Below the pieces are notes generated by a model, which saw only the letters and a program-made list of their open reading frames with translations, did no database searches and was not told where the DNA came from. Made by a program: the position numbers and the translations under genes. A DNA stretch of 63,012 bases, filler included, from Octopus bimaculoides (lineage: Eukaryota): assembly GCF_001194135.2 (NCBI RefSeq). It is 6 parts of 5 records of this genome, joined end to end, with 100 filler letters (N's around TTAATTAATTAA, not from the genome) between each part and the next. Parts side by side here need not be neighbours in the genome. Positions count along the whole stretch, not along the records: positions 20,397 to 38,578 come from NC_068991.1; positions 38,679 to 41,897 come from NC_068982.1; positions 41,998 to 45,433 come from NC_068989.1; positions 45,534 to 55,598 come from NC_068992.1; 2 more parts are not named here. One strand, written 5' to 3'. This document shows positions 37,082 through 50,639 of the stretch, in pieces. Numbering within the stretch: the first letter of the stretch is position 1; every line of letters starts with the position of its first letter.

Positions 37082-37489
37082 TGTACTGTTCCGTGATAGA
37101 AAATTTTAAAAAATCCTCCATCTAGTGAGAGATGTACATCATTTGTTTAAAGGGCACAATACATATATTTAAGCGCAACTAATAGTTTCATATTTTGAGA
37201 AATACCCAAACATATTCTCCAGGCGCAAACCATATGTCATAACAAATTAAAAATTGAATAATAGAAAAAACTCGAAAAAACTGAGCATATAGAAAACGCA
37301 GAAAGTAAAAAAAAAAAGGAAAAGAAAAACGAAAAAGGAAAAAACAAAAAGTAAATTGTGAAGAATAAAAAGTAAAAAGGCAAAAGAGCTATCCTCCTTA
37401 GAGCTTAAAGGATAAGAGTGTAAAGATATCAAGTTAGTCAGGAATAGGCGGAGTTTTCCAATTCTTCAAAATATATTTATACATATGCA

Positions 37490-38250
37490 TGCAACCACTG
37501 CAAATTTCTGACCTAGAGTTCATTAGAGAGTTAAAGATTTTAGATCTGAACAGCATCTGCGCTCTTTCAGCTAAACATTTTCAGGAGATACCCGTCCTTG
37601 TATCTCCTGCCACGATGCAGTTGTTCATCCGATATCCGAAATATCCAAACGCTCTTTTGAGAACTATTACATCTACACCTCGCAGATATCTGAGGTTCTT
37701 CGGCTGAATATTGAATAGTTGTGGGCCAATGTAACCTAAGTTGTTACAGTACTGGGTTTCTCATTCTAGATGGAGAAAATGGGAACTTTGTCATTCAGTT
37801 TGAAGGTTGGCATATCCTTCCATTCCTAAGCTGGGAGTTAGAACTTCCAGAATCTTACATTGGTATATCGCTGCGTATTATTTGCACCTTTTCTTCGACG
37901 GTGTCGAGCCTGAGTTCCTTTAGCCCCTCCCCGTAGCACATCAGTTGCACCGGGTCAATCTTCTACATTAGATTGTTTCGAGTCTCCCCTGTTAGCTGGA
38001 CGCTCTGTATGGACTATAGTTGGGAGCAGTAACCTAAGCGACAATAGTTAATGTTTTACATTAAAGCAGTATGGTATCCCTTTTCTTGGTTTTGAATGTT
38101 CTCAGATCCAATCAGCCGCTCGCCTGCACAGTGTTGCCATCTTGGTAATAAGCATATAGAATGCTGCATCATTGCTCATGTGGATTCCCAGGTTACGCAC
38201 CACACTGATTGCACTACACCTTGGTTCTCTGTAAAGTTAGAATTGCGTAA
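37490..38250 (-). mobile_element. CR1-like LINE 3' region, decayed
   Basis: LGYCSQL, GLKELRL, CNNLGYIGPQLFNIQPKNLRYLRGVDV. Confidence 0.75.
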
Positions 38251-38457
38251 ATTTTCACAATTAATGTGCCCATCCCTTTGAGAGGTTCAAAGGTTATAAA
38301 ATATCATCTCTGTATACCTAATGCCCATTGACATTCAATAACTTTAGACTTCCAAATATGGTATAAACATGAATACTTAAAAATTGAATCTAGTTTACTG
38401 AAAGCTCTCAAATTTCCCCGAAGGGTTGTTTATTCATGTAATTATATTTTGATATTT

Positions 38458-38578
38458 ATAAACCTGGCAAAATCGTTAGCGCGCCGAGCAAAATGCTTAG
38501 CGCTATTTCACCCATCTTTGTGTTCTGAGTTCAAATGCCACTGAGGTGGACTTTGCCTTTCATCCTTATGGGGGGGGG
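38458..38578 (+). mobile_element. SINE B head, runs into a gap
   Basis: CTGGCAAAATCGTTAGCGCGCCGAGCAAAATGCTTAG...TTCTGAGTTCAAAT. Confidence 0.8.
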
Positions 38579-38750
38579 NNNNNNNNNNNNNNNNNNNNNN
38601 NNNNNNNNNNNNNNNNNNNNNNTTAATTAATTAANNNNNNNNNNNNNNNNNNNNNNNNNNNNNNNNNNNNNNNNNNNNAGAGAGAGAGTGAGAGAGAGAG
38701 AGAAAGAGCGTGAGAGAGAGAGAGAGAGAGAAAGAGCGAGAGAGAGAAAG

Positions 38751-38785
<35 letters not shown>

Positions 38786-40359
38786 GTTATGAGAGGTAAT
38801 GGTGTCAGTAAGACCCAAAGGTGTCAGGTAATGCTCAGTAAGTGCTATGGATAGCCCATAGTTAAGGTCCAGGTTCGGTGGTTATGCAAATAAGGAGTCC
38901 AACGTACGTCATATATCAGCATGTGTGTATGTATAAAAAAAATTTTCAGATTGAGATTAAAAAACTAAGGCTGTGAAGATTTCAGAACATTTATAAATAG
39001 AAGGACTTACAGATATTTCCAGGATATTTATTATATTCCTTCATCGGAGACGGTGTGATAAAATGGCTAAGCAATAGTTAATTTAGGTAAGATACGAAAT
39101 AGAGAGTGAAGTGGAGGAATGAAAATAGATGTGAGATATGCAGGGATATTGCATTTGTTGATCCATTATTTAGGCAGAATGGTATACATATAAGATTCCA
39201 ATACCCTGTGAGTAAAATCCAACAGTATTTAAATTGGTCATTTCAAGTATGGAGTTTGTACACAGTGCTATTGAATCAAGGGTTTTATTTAAAGTGACCT
39301 AAAAGTGGGGAATGTATTTGTAAGGTCAAATCGAAAACAAGAAGAGAGGAATAAAGAAAAGAAAAAAGAAAGAAAGAAGAAAAAAGAAGAAAAAAAGAAG
39401 AAGAAAAATGAAGAAAAGAACAGGAAGATATATATGTGAGAGAGGAGTGAGTGGTGACTCAAAGGAAAGTGGTGTTTGTTTTGTTTTCAACCACAGCAAT
39501 TATTGGATACCGTATCCTATACAAAAACAATCTAATACATTCGTATATGTTTTTCAATTGAAACACTGAATCATTTTGGACATTTATTGTTTCAATAACA
39601 AGAGAAAAACTGAGAGAGAAGGAGCTTGAAGACAACTAAAACAATTCTAGTCAGTGGCAAAGCAACAAGTAGGAAGAGGGAGAGAGAGAGAGAAGTGAAG
39701 ACTTCGTTGTGGACTATCTGACACTTACTGTCTGTCCCTGTCTGCCTCTCTCTAGGTATGTGTTTGTGTATGTGTGTGCATGTGTGTGTATGTTTGTATG
39801 TATATGATTGTGCGTGTTGCCGTTTAGAATTCCTTTCTGCGACTGACCTTTAACTGCTATTAAAGGCCCAACCACACACACAAACACAAACACACACTTG
39901 CTTTAATCCATTTCAACTGCAGCCATGCACCAAAAAATTAGGCGTTTTGCTCCAAAATTAACAACAGGTATCTCTTATATAAAAAATATACATAAGGCAA
40001 ATAATAATACACTAACACATACAAACATACATACACACATCTGAGGGTGTGTGTGGGTGTTTAAGTAGAAAGTATTATTAATAGAGTCAAAAAGAACTCA
40101 TAGTAAGTACTCTGCAGAGAATCAGTATATCAAGTAACTTAGTATTTAACGTTTCAATGCAGAATTAACATTACCATGGTTCCGAAAATCCGGAAATCCG
40201 GAAATCCAGAAATCCATATTGTTACGTATATATTAAGAGGAGTAAAATACATTAATTTCGTTTGTTAAAGCTGTATACATTTCACATATACTTTACATGC
40301 ATTTATGCTTAGATGTATATGATGTATATATGCTCCAACCATTAACACTTAGTATATAT

Positions 40360-40580
40360 TATTACCTGAAGAGTTCAGAACAATATCTTGAATACAAAAG
40401 CTGTGAGAAGTGCAGATTTTTCTACCGATCACCACATGATCAGATCAAAGATATACTTTTCGTGCAGGAAGTGTAGTATGGAGATTAAAGTCCTATCAAA
40501 AATAAGCTAAACATCATGAAACTCAGAGACTACGCTGATACAAGAATTGCAGGAACGGGTAGATAAGTATTTGGAAGGAT
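40360..40580 (+). mobile_element. RTE APE-endonuclease C-terminal fragment
   Basis: LNTKAVRSADFSTDHHMIRSKI (SDH/TDH motif). Confidence 0.55.
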
Positions 40581-41327
40581 GGGTACATAAGTGAAACAAA
40601 TTGTATAGTAATGCGCATATTTGTATATATTTAAAGAAATTAATGAATTTTATGCAATTGTTATACAATGTAAAATCAGCGTCGATAGCATAATTGAATG
40701 GTGGTCTTGAAATGACGATTTGAATTCTTCAAGAGTTATTTCCGCAAGCAAGACCTGTTATTAACAACAAATAGCAGTAAATATAACTTTTGAGTGACAC
40801 ACTGAATTCAGCTGCTGGTTATCTCCTTCAAATTGTATTTCTATGAATAAACAAAAGCATTTTCTATTATACCACTTTTGAACACTTCAAATTTATATAA
40901 ATCTTACTTTGCTTTTTCCTTGAATATTTAAAACAAAACTTTACCTAAACGTTTTCAACAATTGTAAGAGCTAATATTATTCTAAAATATATTTTTCAAT
41001 AATATTCGCCAAATATAAACTAAAAAATAAATTCATATTTTGTGTCATGAAATTTATAATTCAATTGCTGGCTAATTCAAAATATATTTAGAATTAAACA
41101 TACAACTTCAAGAATAGTGAAATCGGTGTCTATAGAATTCATTATTTGTAGATATCTTTGAACGAACTATATCATTTAAAAATCCTTATTAAAAGAATTT
41201 TTACCATATAAATCACACTGTATGTTACATAGAGTGTTTTCGCGCTCAAATAGTAAAAGACATCACATAATAATTTATAACACTGGAAAAAGGTTGCAAT
41301 TAATAACCAGAAATATAGACTATTGAA

Positions 41328-41440
41328 TCAAATCCACTCAGAAGTATTTGTTGCAACACACTTGCACAAGTTGCCACGCAGTGGAACTGAACCCGGAACC
41401 ATGTGGTTGGGATGCAAGCTTCTCATCACACAACCACACA
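41328..41440 (-). mobile_element. SINE A head fragment
   Basis: GTGGAACTGAACCCGGAACCATGTGGTTGG. Confidence 0.75.
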
Positions 41441-41863
41441 GCATTAGCAGCAGCTATGATTAGTTGACTTGTTTCACTAATGTTTTCTGTTCTAATCAAG
41501 CCCAAAACGTCCTTTACTTTGCTAGTAGCTCTCCTTGCTTTCCCTCTCTCTATATATCTGACACTTAATGATACTTCATTGTTCCCATCACACATTTTAC
41601 TTTACAACATTTCTAGTATCTGGTTCTCTTCGTCATTCAAGCCTTATATATAGCATTCACTATCATTTTTGCTACTAGATCATCTTCCCCATTTATTTCA
41701 TAAGCTATCTCAGGCATATAGCGATTTCCCTCTTTTTCATATTCCCCTCTCTTATCTCTTCATTACCGCTTTCTGCTACTGCTGTCTCTCTTCCGACTCA
41801 TTTTTGACTCTTATGTAGAAAAATCCACGTGCACACACACACACACATAAGTATATATAATAT

Positions 41864-41897
<34 letters not shown>

Positions 41898-42843
41898 NNN
41901 NNNNNNNNNNNNNNNNNNNNNNNNNNNNNNNNNNNNNNNNNTTAATTAATTAANNNNNNNNNNNNNNNNNNNNNNNNNNNNNNNNNNNNNNNNNNNNATA
42001 TATATATATATATATGGATATATGGATATATGGATATAAATATATGGATATGTGTGCGTATACACGGATATGCATATAAGTATGTATGTGCATGCATATA
42101 TATTTGCATACATATATGTATATATGTATAAACATATAGACTGTACTAATATATATATATAGATATGTATGTATGTATATATGTATGTATGTATGTATGC
42201 ATGTATGTATATATGTATATATGTATATTTGTACGTACGTACGTATGTATGTATGTATGTATGTGTGTATGTATGTATGTATGTATCTATCTATCTATCT
42301 TTGAGAGTTTGATTTGATAATTTAACAGTTTAGGATAAATGCGTTTCATATACGTACATGTATACATGTATACATACATACATACATACATACATACATA
42401 CATACATACAAACATAGATATATTGTGATTGTGTGCATGTTTGCGTATGTATGTATGTATGTATGTATGTGTAGACATAAGAATTTAGAAGCTTCGAATG
42501 AACGTGAAATGATTCTTTTGCATTTTAAAACTTCTAAATTTGCCGTAGATAAACCTATGAATAATAGCATTTACATATTGGGTTAAAAACTGCCTGTAGG
42601 ACTTGAACTGACATCTGTAAAAATTATTTTTAACTTTATCTGCTTCGAGTTTCACTACTCTCTGAAAAGAATTACATATACATGTATATGTGTGTGTGAG
42701 TGTGTGTATATATACATATACATACTACGTTTGTGCGCGCGCACATACACATACACACATACATATGTGTAGAGTCCACAGAGGAGATCTAGAATTGTTC
42801 ATTATAGAACACACGTAGTAGTGCTCAAATTATTTGAACTTAC

Positions 42844-42888
42844 ACGCTGGAGTCTTTATCGAGTGGGTATAAGAGAAATCCACATTAG
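42844..42888 (-). CDS. Candidate 45-nt exon (phase 1 to 1)
   Basis: Acceptor TGTTTATTTCCATATCAG, donor T|GTAAGT, single open frame ANVDFSYTHSIKTPA. Confidence 0.4.
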
Positions 42889-43152
42889 CTGATATGGAAA
42901 TAAACATGCATGACCTATTTGCTGATCTTTCCACCCTGACGAAGGAGGCTCGTATTACGGTAATATTCATATGCATCCTCTATTGGCTGCACTTGCCAAT
43001 TATGAACATTAACTATTACGCAATTCCGAGCCCCCAGAAACAGCTGTCGGACCTGAAATATCATGCCTTCTCACTTTTGCTTTCTGTATTTCTTGTACTC
43101 TATGTAAATGTATTTATTTTGTAACTTGTCATCTGAATATTTTCAGTTTTTG

Positions 43153-43191
<39 letters not shown>

Positions 43192-43582
43192 CTCTCTATC
43201 TCTTTCTCTCTCTCCCTCTCTCTCTTCCTTTCTCTCTCTCTCTTTCTCTCTCTCTCTCTCCATATGTATATATTCCTATATATGTTTACATGTGTATATG
43301 TATCTATATCTTATATATCAAGCCCGAGCGTATTTATCTGCATCACTCTCTCTCTCAATACATGTGTGTGTGTGTGTGTGTTTGCATGCGTGGGTGTGTG
43401 TCCGCGTGTGTATTTGTGCGTGCGTGTGTGCGTGTGCGTGTTCAAGTGTATTTTCGTTCAGGCATAGCCGGGTACAGAATGTAATGTGAAATTAAGTAAA
43501 CAATAAAGCAACAGGAAATTATACCACGAACTTTATTCATTACCTTACAGCTGTTTCGACTATAAGATGCAGTGAACGGAGG

Positions 43583-43820
43583 CGCTGGCTTAATGGTTAG
43601 GGTGTTGCACACATAATCGTAAGACTATAATTTCAATTCCTAGACCGAGCAATACGCTGGGTTCATGTGCAAAACACTTAATTTCATGTTGTTTCAATTC
43701 ACTCAACTGGCAAAGACGAACAATTCTGCAATATACTGGTGTCCCGCCCATGGGAGAACGTGTACGCCATAGAATCCAGGAAACTGGCCGAATTAGCCTA
43801 CGGCTTTGGAGAGCTTTTCA
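43583..43820 (+). mobile_element. Degenerate SINE family D
   Basis: GGCTTAATGGTTAGGG head; ACTGGTGTCCCGCCCA resembles the V-SINE core. Confidence 0.5.
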
Positions 43821-44289
43821 TCCTTTATCTGATATATGTGTGTATCAATATGTTATAGAACTGTAAAACGATATGAGATGACCACAAAACCATGTTTAGT
43901 ACTAATGATATTATTCGTCGTATGATCGTATGATGGTAGTTTCGATTATTGGGCCAGGTGCTGCATTGTGTTGTTGAAGCAAAATACTTCGTCTGAGAGA
44001 ACTTCGACACCTGACGTGACGCACCACGCCATGGCACCTATTCAGGCAACGTCGATTTGATGGAGGGAGTGAGCCAATGTACAGCGCATACATTTGATCG
44101 CTATAATTATATCATTTGTGCACGTTATTCAGCAAGAAATTGCAGAACCATCTTTCTCTTGGTCTACGAAAGACCCCCCCCCACCACCACCACCATCAAC
44201 AACAACAACACCACCACCACCACCATCACCATCACCATCACCATCATCATCATCATCATCATCATCATTCTTCATCTCAGGGGAAAGGT

Positions 44290-44815
44290 TTACTCTTTTA
44301 CTCGTTTAATCTTTTACTTGTTTCAGTCATTTGACTGCGGCCATGCTGGAGCACCGCCTTTAGTCGAGCAAATCGACCCCAGGACTTATTCTTTGTAAGC
44401 TTAGTACTTATTCTATCGGTCTCTTTTNNNNNNNNNNNNNNNNNNNNNNNNNNNNNNNNNNNNNNNNNNNNNNNNNNNNNNNNNNNNNNNNNNNNNNNNN
44501 NNNNNNNNNNNNNNNNNNNNNNNNNNNNNNNNNNNNNNNNNNNNNNNNNNNNNNNNNNNNNNNNNNNNNNNNNNNNNNNNNNNNNNNNNNNNNNNNNNNN
44601 NNNNNNNNNNNNNNNNNNNNNNNNNNNNNNNNNNNNNNNNNNNNNNNNNNNNNNNNNNNNNNATATATATATATATATATATACATATATACGACAGGCT
44701 TCTTTCAGTTTCCGTCTACAAAATCCACTCACAAAGCTTTGGTCGGCCCGAGGCTACAGTAAAAGACATTTGCCCAAGGTGCCACGCAATGGAAATGAAC
44801 CCGGAACCATGTGAA
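44290..44815 (-). mobile_element. SINE A spanning an assembly gap
   Basis: Tail before the gap, head after it; the gap sits in the internal microsatellite. Confidence 0.85.
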
Positions 44816-45390
44816 AACAGTGGAAGGAGTAAAAACGTGAACCCCACCCCAAACACACAAACCAAAGCAATGAATAAATAAGAAAATGAATAAGATTAAT
44901 AATGCTTTGGGGTACGGCGTCGCCAACAGAAACCAAACTCTGCCGAAAGGTATGCGGTCGTACCGTCAGTATCTTTTTCTGCCCCTCCTGGTGTCCGAAC
45001 TCATGGGCATTCAAACAAAACTGGCCATTTGCATTTACTTTTACCATTCTTGCAAATACAGACCACCACCAGTTTTCTTGAATTCCAGATTTTATCACAT
45101 TAATATATGGTAAAATTCTTGCAGCTAAAATTGGAACCATCCCAGCGGAAGGAATATAACCCGAATGGTGCACAAATACCTCTTGCAACTTTCACCTTTC
45201 GGCAACGCAGTGAACCGTTGATTGGCCTCGGTGGACTCTTCCATGAACACAAACGCCTAATGAGGCGCTTGTTCGCCAATGCATATACATACATATATAC
45301 ATACATGGATGCATGTATACATGCATGCATACATACACAAATACATATACATTCATATATATATAATGTATATATATACATGTATGTGTG

Positions 45391-45433
<43 letters not shown>

Positions 45434-46345
45434 NNNNNNNNNNNNNNNNNNNNNNNNNNNNNNNNNNNNNNNNNNNNTTAATTAATTAANNNNNNNNNNN
45501 NNNNNNNNNNNNNNNNNNNNNNNNNNNNNNNNNTATATATATATATATGTATATATATATGCATGCATATAAATGTATAAACATGTATATATACATATAT
45601 GTGTGTGCGCGTGTTTCTTCCGGTCTCCACACGCTGAAGATGTGCCAATATCTGCTCCGGAGAATCTGTAAGAAAATTCCCCTAGGATAGCTTGAAACCG
45701 TTTGAAATAAGTGGAATAATCCAACCAAATCCCGCTGCATATCGAGTGTAATTCAATATATTACTGAGAAATATAATGGAATAAAATACAATACATCACA
45801 AACATATCGTATGTGCAGACACTCGCTGAAGAATTATTTCTTCCACGTGGCATATTGAATGTAGGCGTTACTCTGTTTACATTTTATATCTGAACCCCTT
45901 GGAAGAAAAAGAAATAAGCAAATAAGCTGGATTAACAGAAGGTGTATATGTAAATTTTATATACATATATAACAATAACCACCACATTCCGATAATCGAT
46001 TGAGAAAAGTCGAAGTGTGATCGCTGCATTTGCTTTTTTTATATATATAATTATATAACTATGTATATATATACATATATAACAATAACCACCACATTCC
46101 GATAATCGATTGAGAAAAGTTGAAGTGTGGTCGCTTTGTTTACATTTTCGATTCGATTCTTCCCAGCTTTATTCTTCTTACAGACTCACGTGGAGAAATA
46201 CATATATACAAATATATAAATAAATTAATATTAATCGGCNNNNNNNNNNNNNNNNNNNNNNNNNNNNNNNNNNNNNNNNNTATATATATATATATATATA
46301 TATATGCGTGTGTGTGTGTGCGCTTCTGCGTGTGGACGTATGTAA

Positions 46346-46390
<45 letters not shown>

Positions 46391-46719
46391 ACAATATATT
46401 CATAACAATACCCACCACATTCCAATAATCGATTGAGAAAAGTTGAAGTGTGGTCGCTTTGTTTACATTTTCGATTCGATTCTTCCCAGCTTTATTCTTC
46501 TTACAGACTCACGTGGAGAAATACATATATACAAATATATAAATAAATTAATATTAATCGGCTTCAAAAATACATCAGAAAAGCCCTTTTAAGCTAATTA
46601 ATACTGGATGTTTTTAGCTTGTTAATGTAAATTTGTCCCATATAGCCGGACATTTGAAAAAAATTGAACTTCTATAAGCTAACCGACTAAACTTTCTTGA
46701 ATCAATACTCCGTGCGATT

Positions 46720-47560
46720 GTAGAAACTCTGCTCCCACTCTCTTCTATCAATTTACTCTCCTCATTTTATTGGTCTAATCCCCTCCTTCTCCTAGTGTAT
46801 TATTCTGCTCTACTCTCTTCTCCTACTTCCCCTAGTCCTCTCTCTCCCCTGATATCTTTTATCACAACTCCACTCTTTTATCATCTTCACTTTCCTTACC
46901 CCTTTCTCCCCTAGTGAACCTTTCTGTCCTACTCTCTTCTAATCTTCACTTCCCCCACTCCTCTCTCTCCCTTCATATCCCTATCGCAACCTTCTCTCCC
47001 CCTCTTTCTGCACACGTGATGAAGGTGACCTGGAAGAATACAGATATAGACCTACGCCTCTCGGCTTGGGTTGCTGCCGAAAATGACCCACCCAACAACG
47101 TGATTACGCAGCCCTGAAAAACAATGCATTCAATAAGACCGAGACGCAGATAGAACGAAGAACGAAAGAACTCAGCTGCTCCTATGACCTCGTCAGGTCA
47201 CATCTGGAGAAGTCAGACGCCATTTTTAAGTTTAAAAATGCTCATTCACCTGAGAAAAATGTTTGCATGGAAAACACCAAGACTGATGCCCGAAGCGAGT
47301 GACCCAGAGATACCAGCTCTATACCCACCAATGGGGGTAATCACAGTAATGTGGAAACTGAAGAGGAGCAGGAAGAGGATCCCAAAGCTCTAAAGAGAAG
47401 CGACTGCAACTCCCTGTCCCACTGTGACAGCCCATCGAGAGGAACCAGCCGCAAGACAGGTGCAGCAGGGTTCAAACCTAAAGCTAAACCCATTAACGCA
47501 ACCTCTAAATTCTACATAAAATGAGTCTGCTGGCATGGAAAGAAGAAGACACGCTGCTAT
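46720..47560 (+). mobile_element. Possible Penelope-like or other non-LTR 5' remnant
   Basis: Pyrimidine-rich tract, GTGATGAAGG...GCCGAAA hammerhead-like spacing, then about 135 codons with one stop (LKNNAFNKTETQIERR...KFYIK). Confidence 0.35.
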
Positions 47561-47706
47561 TTTGCACATTCAAAGCTTAGACAAGATAGAATGCACAGCA
47601 GTTACCACTCTCCACCCGCCTATCAGGATGAGCGTGTGTGCATAAAGAGTGTACGCAATGGAGTATGCAATAAGTTTTTAATATTTCAAATTCAAATATA
47701 TACATG

Positions 47707-47748
<42 letters not shown>

Positions 47749-48031
47749 CATATACGCATACATATGTATGTATGTATTCATACATTTATATATGAATGTA
47801 TGTTTGTAACTATGTACACAGAGATCTCAAAGGTAGTGAAACAGCCCTCACGATACTGTGTTATGTGTGCGAGCACTACTTGGTCTTTCAAAGCCATTTT
47901 TGTGTGTGTGTACAAAGTACATCTAGTAAATACTACATTAAGTATTTTCTTGCATCAAATGACATTACTTTGTTACAGGAAAGAAAAAACTTTCAAAAAT
48001 AATCGTGTTTGTTTGCGTTTAAGATATCTGC

Positions 48032-48098
<67 letters not shown>

Positions 48099-48643
48099 NN
48101 NNNNNNNNNNNNNNNNNNNNNNNNNNNNNNNNNNNNNNNNNNNNNNNNNNNNNNNNNNNNNNNNNNNNNNNNNNNNNNNNNNNNNNNNNNNNNNNNNNNN
48201 NNNNNNNNNNNNNNNNNNNNNNNNNNNNNNNNNNNNNNNNNNNNNNNNNNNNNNNNNNNNNNNNNNNNNNNNNNNNNNNNNNNNNNNNNNNNNNNNNNNN
48301 NNNNNNNNNNNNNNNNNNNNNNNNNNNNNNNNNNNNNNNNNNNNNNNNNNNNNNNNNNNNNNNNNNNNNNNNNNNNNNNNNNNNNNNNNNNNNNNNNNNN
48401 NNNNNNNNNNNNNNNNNNNNNNNNNNNNNNNNNNNNNNNNNNNNNNNNNNNNNNNNNNNNNNNNNNNNNNNNNNNNNNNNNNNNNNNNNNNNNNNNNNNN
48501 NNNNNNNNNNNNNNNNNNNNNNNNNNNNNNNNNNNNNNNNNNNNNNNNNNNNNNNNNNNNNNNNNNNNNNNNNNNNNNNNNNNNNNNNNNNNNNNNNNNN
48601 NNNNNNNNNNNNNNNNNNNNNNNNNNNNNNNNNNNNNNNNNNN

Positions 48644-48679
<36 letters not shown>

Positions 48680-49062
48680 TTTATGTATGTATGTATGTAG
48701 GAGTGAATGTATGTGTATATGTATTTATTACGTATATATGAAATGCTCTTTAAATCAAGGAGGAAAAAGAATTCAAATTTCTATGAAATACTATAAAAAT
48801 GGATTATTTTGCTATAGGAATGCATTTTCGGTTGAGTATTGATTTGAATATTATCTAAATTCTGTAGTTAATAGCCATTTAAAGTCGAAAGAAATAGGTA
48901 GCTATCTTCACAGGTGACATAAATTGTTTTAAATGTGTTCTTTTTCTGTCGCTTTTTTGTGTGTACCTATAGTTAAATTTGTGTGTATATGAGCAGAATG
49001 GTTTGTTTAGATTTTTGAACATAGCGATTAAAAAAAAGCGTAGCAAAAACTTGTGAACTTAC

Positions 49063-49124
49063 GCAATAAATACAAGGAATGCATAAAATAAACACAAAAA
49101 AAAGGATAAATGTCAGGTTGAAAC
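49063..49124 (-). CDS. Candidate exon, coding status unknown
   Basis: TAACTAAC branch-like motif, about 90 nt AG-free pyrimidine tract, AG|G acceptor, GC|GTAAGT donor; frame GFNLTFILFFVFILCIPCIYC is signal-peptide-like. Confidence 0.4.
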
Positions 49125-49352
49125 CTAGACACCAAAGTTTATGAAGAGAAACAAAAACGGCCAAAACATATAAGAAGGAAGAGAGACAAGTATAAAGCAA
49201 AATACAATTCAGTTAGTTATATGGGGATTCAAATTACTACAAATACATCATGCCCATGCACATATCTATACACTCAGACACACACGCACACACACACACA
49301 AACATGCAAACACATACGCACGTACACACACAAACATACAAACACACACACT

Positions 49353-49417
<65 letters not shown>

Positions 49418-50639
49418 GCATAAACACGCTGGCATGCACACACATTTATATAAAGATACATCCATGTACGAGGGTACACATAACATACATATAAGCCAAT
49501 AAACGTTTACCCACGGGCATAGGCTCACAGGTAGGAGGTCTACAAAGTGAGATATGCTTTTGATTAAGAATCATTGTAGATATATCATCGCATACTTTTC
49601 TATAACATTAAATGTATTTAAAATACTGTTAGGGTAAAACTCACTTTTAAACCAGTACAAACAAGTCCCTTTAAATTTTTCATAATTTATGTGCATAATG
49701 ATTCAACTGCATGTTTGGACATGCAAAATATAAATATATGAACTCCGAAAAATAACAGGTAATTCAATGTCATAATACAGCTATTAATAATTAAACAGTT
49801 ATATAATTACCTCCCTATTATTCAAGTATAAATATGTTTTTATATGTCATTAGAATGACACATAAGCATGATTAAATTATGAAATTTGTCAACGTAATTA
49901 TTTGCATTAGAAAAGTTGACAAATAATTCAATGGGTTTGTATAAGGATCACATACCTGCTCGTATAAACATCTCTTGTATAAACGCATTAGATATAATTC
50001 CGCATTAATATATATATACTTAGGGGCGAATATATTTCACAACAGGTGGTTAAATAACAATGATGCGTTGATTCATAGCTTATTTTTCTAATTTCGTTTC
50101 CGTAATTGGATTGCAAAATTCTTGATGTGAATCCATGTGTTGAAACAAATCTTTTATTTTCTTGAGAGGGTCATTATGCTAAGAATACTAAACACACGCT
50201 CCCGCTCAAAATTACTTCTTTATTGTTGCTCAGTCGGTTAGATATCTAACCAATTAACTAATCGATCGCTCGTTTAATGTGTTCTTTAAACGATCAGTTG
50301 ATTGTCTGTTTGAAGCAATAAAGAAGTAACAGTGAACCAGTGCTTGTGTGTATAATTATTGGTGCAATGACCCCCTCAAGACAACGTTATCTTTATAATT
50401 CGGTGCGCTCTATTTTACCTAGGTGACAAAACAAAATGGAGAACAAAAAGAAAATCGTTGAGGGCAACCGTTGTTTAATTGTAAGTTCTTTTCAAAAACG
50501 GCATTTGAGAAATAAGTGGTGAAAGAAAGGTGAAAAGAGAATTAGCTTTTAGTGAGATAACAGACGCGAACAATAAGAGCAATTAATGAAGATAGTAACA
50601 CAGAAATATAAATCACTATTATAGGTTAACGATGGTAAG

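Noticed and set aside
39728-39761. Plus-strand pyrimidine tract followed by AG|GTATGT
   Set aside because: Lies at a CT-to-GT microsatellite junction and is antisense to the only supported gene; likely chance
46081-46563. About 160-bp direct repeat
   Set aside because: Near-identical copies either side of a gap, likely haplotype or overlap artefact. The partial third copy at about 45970 may be real but is unremarkable.
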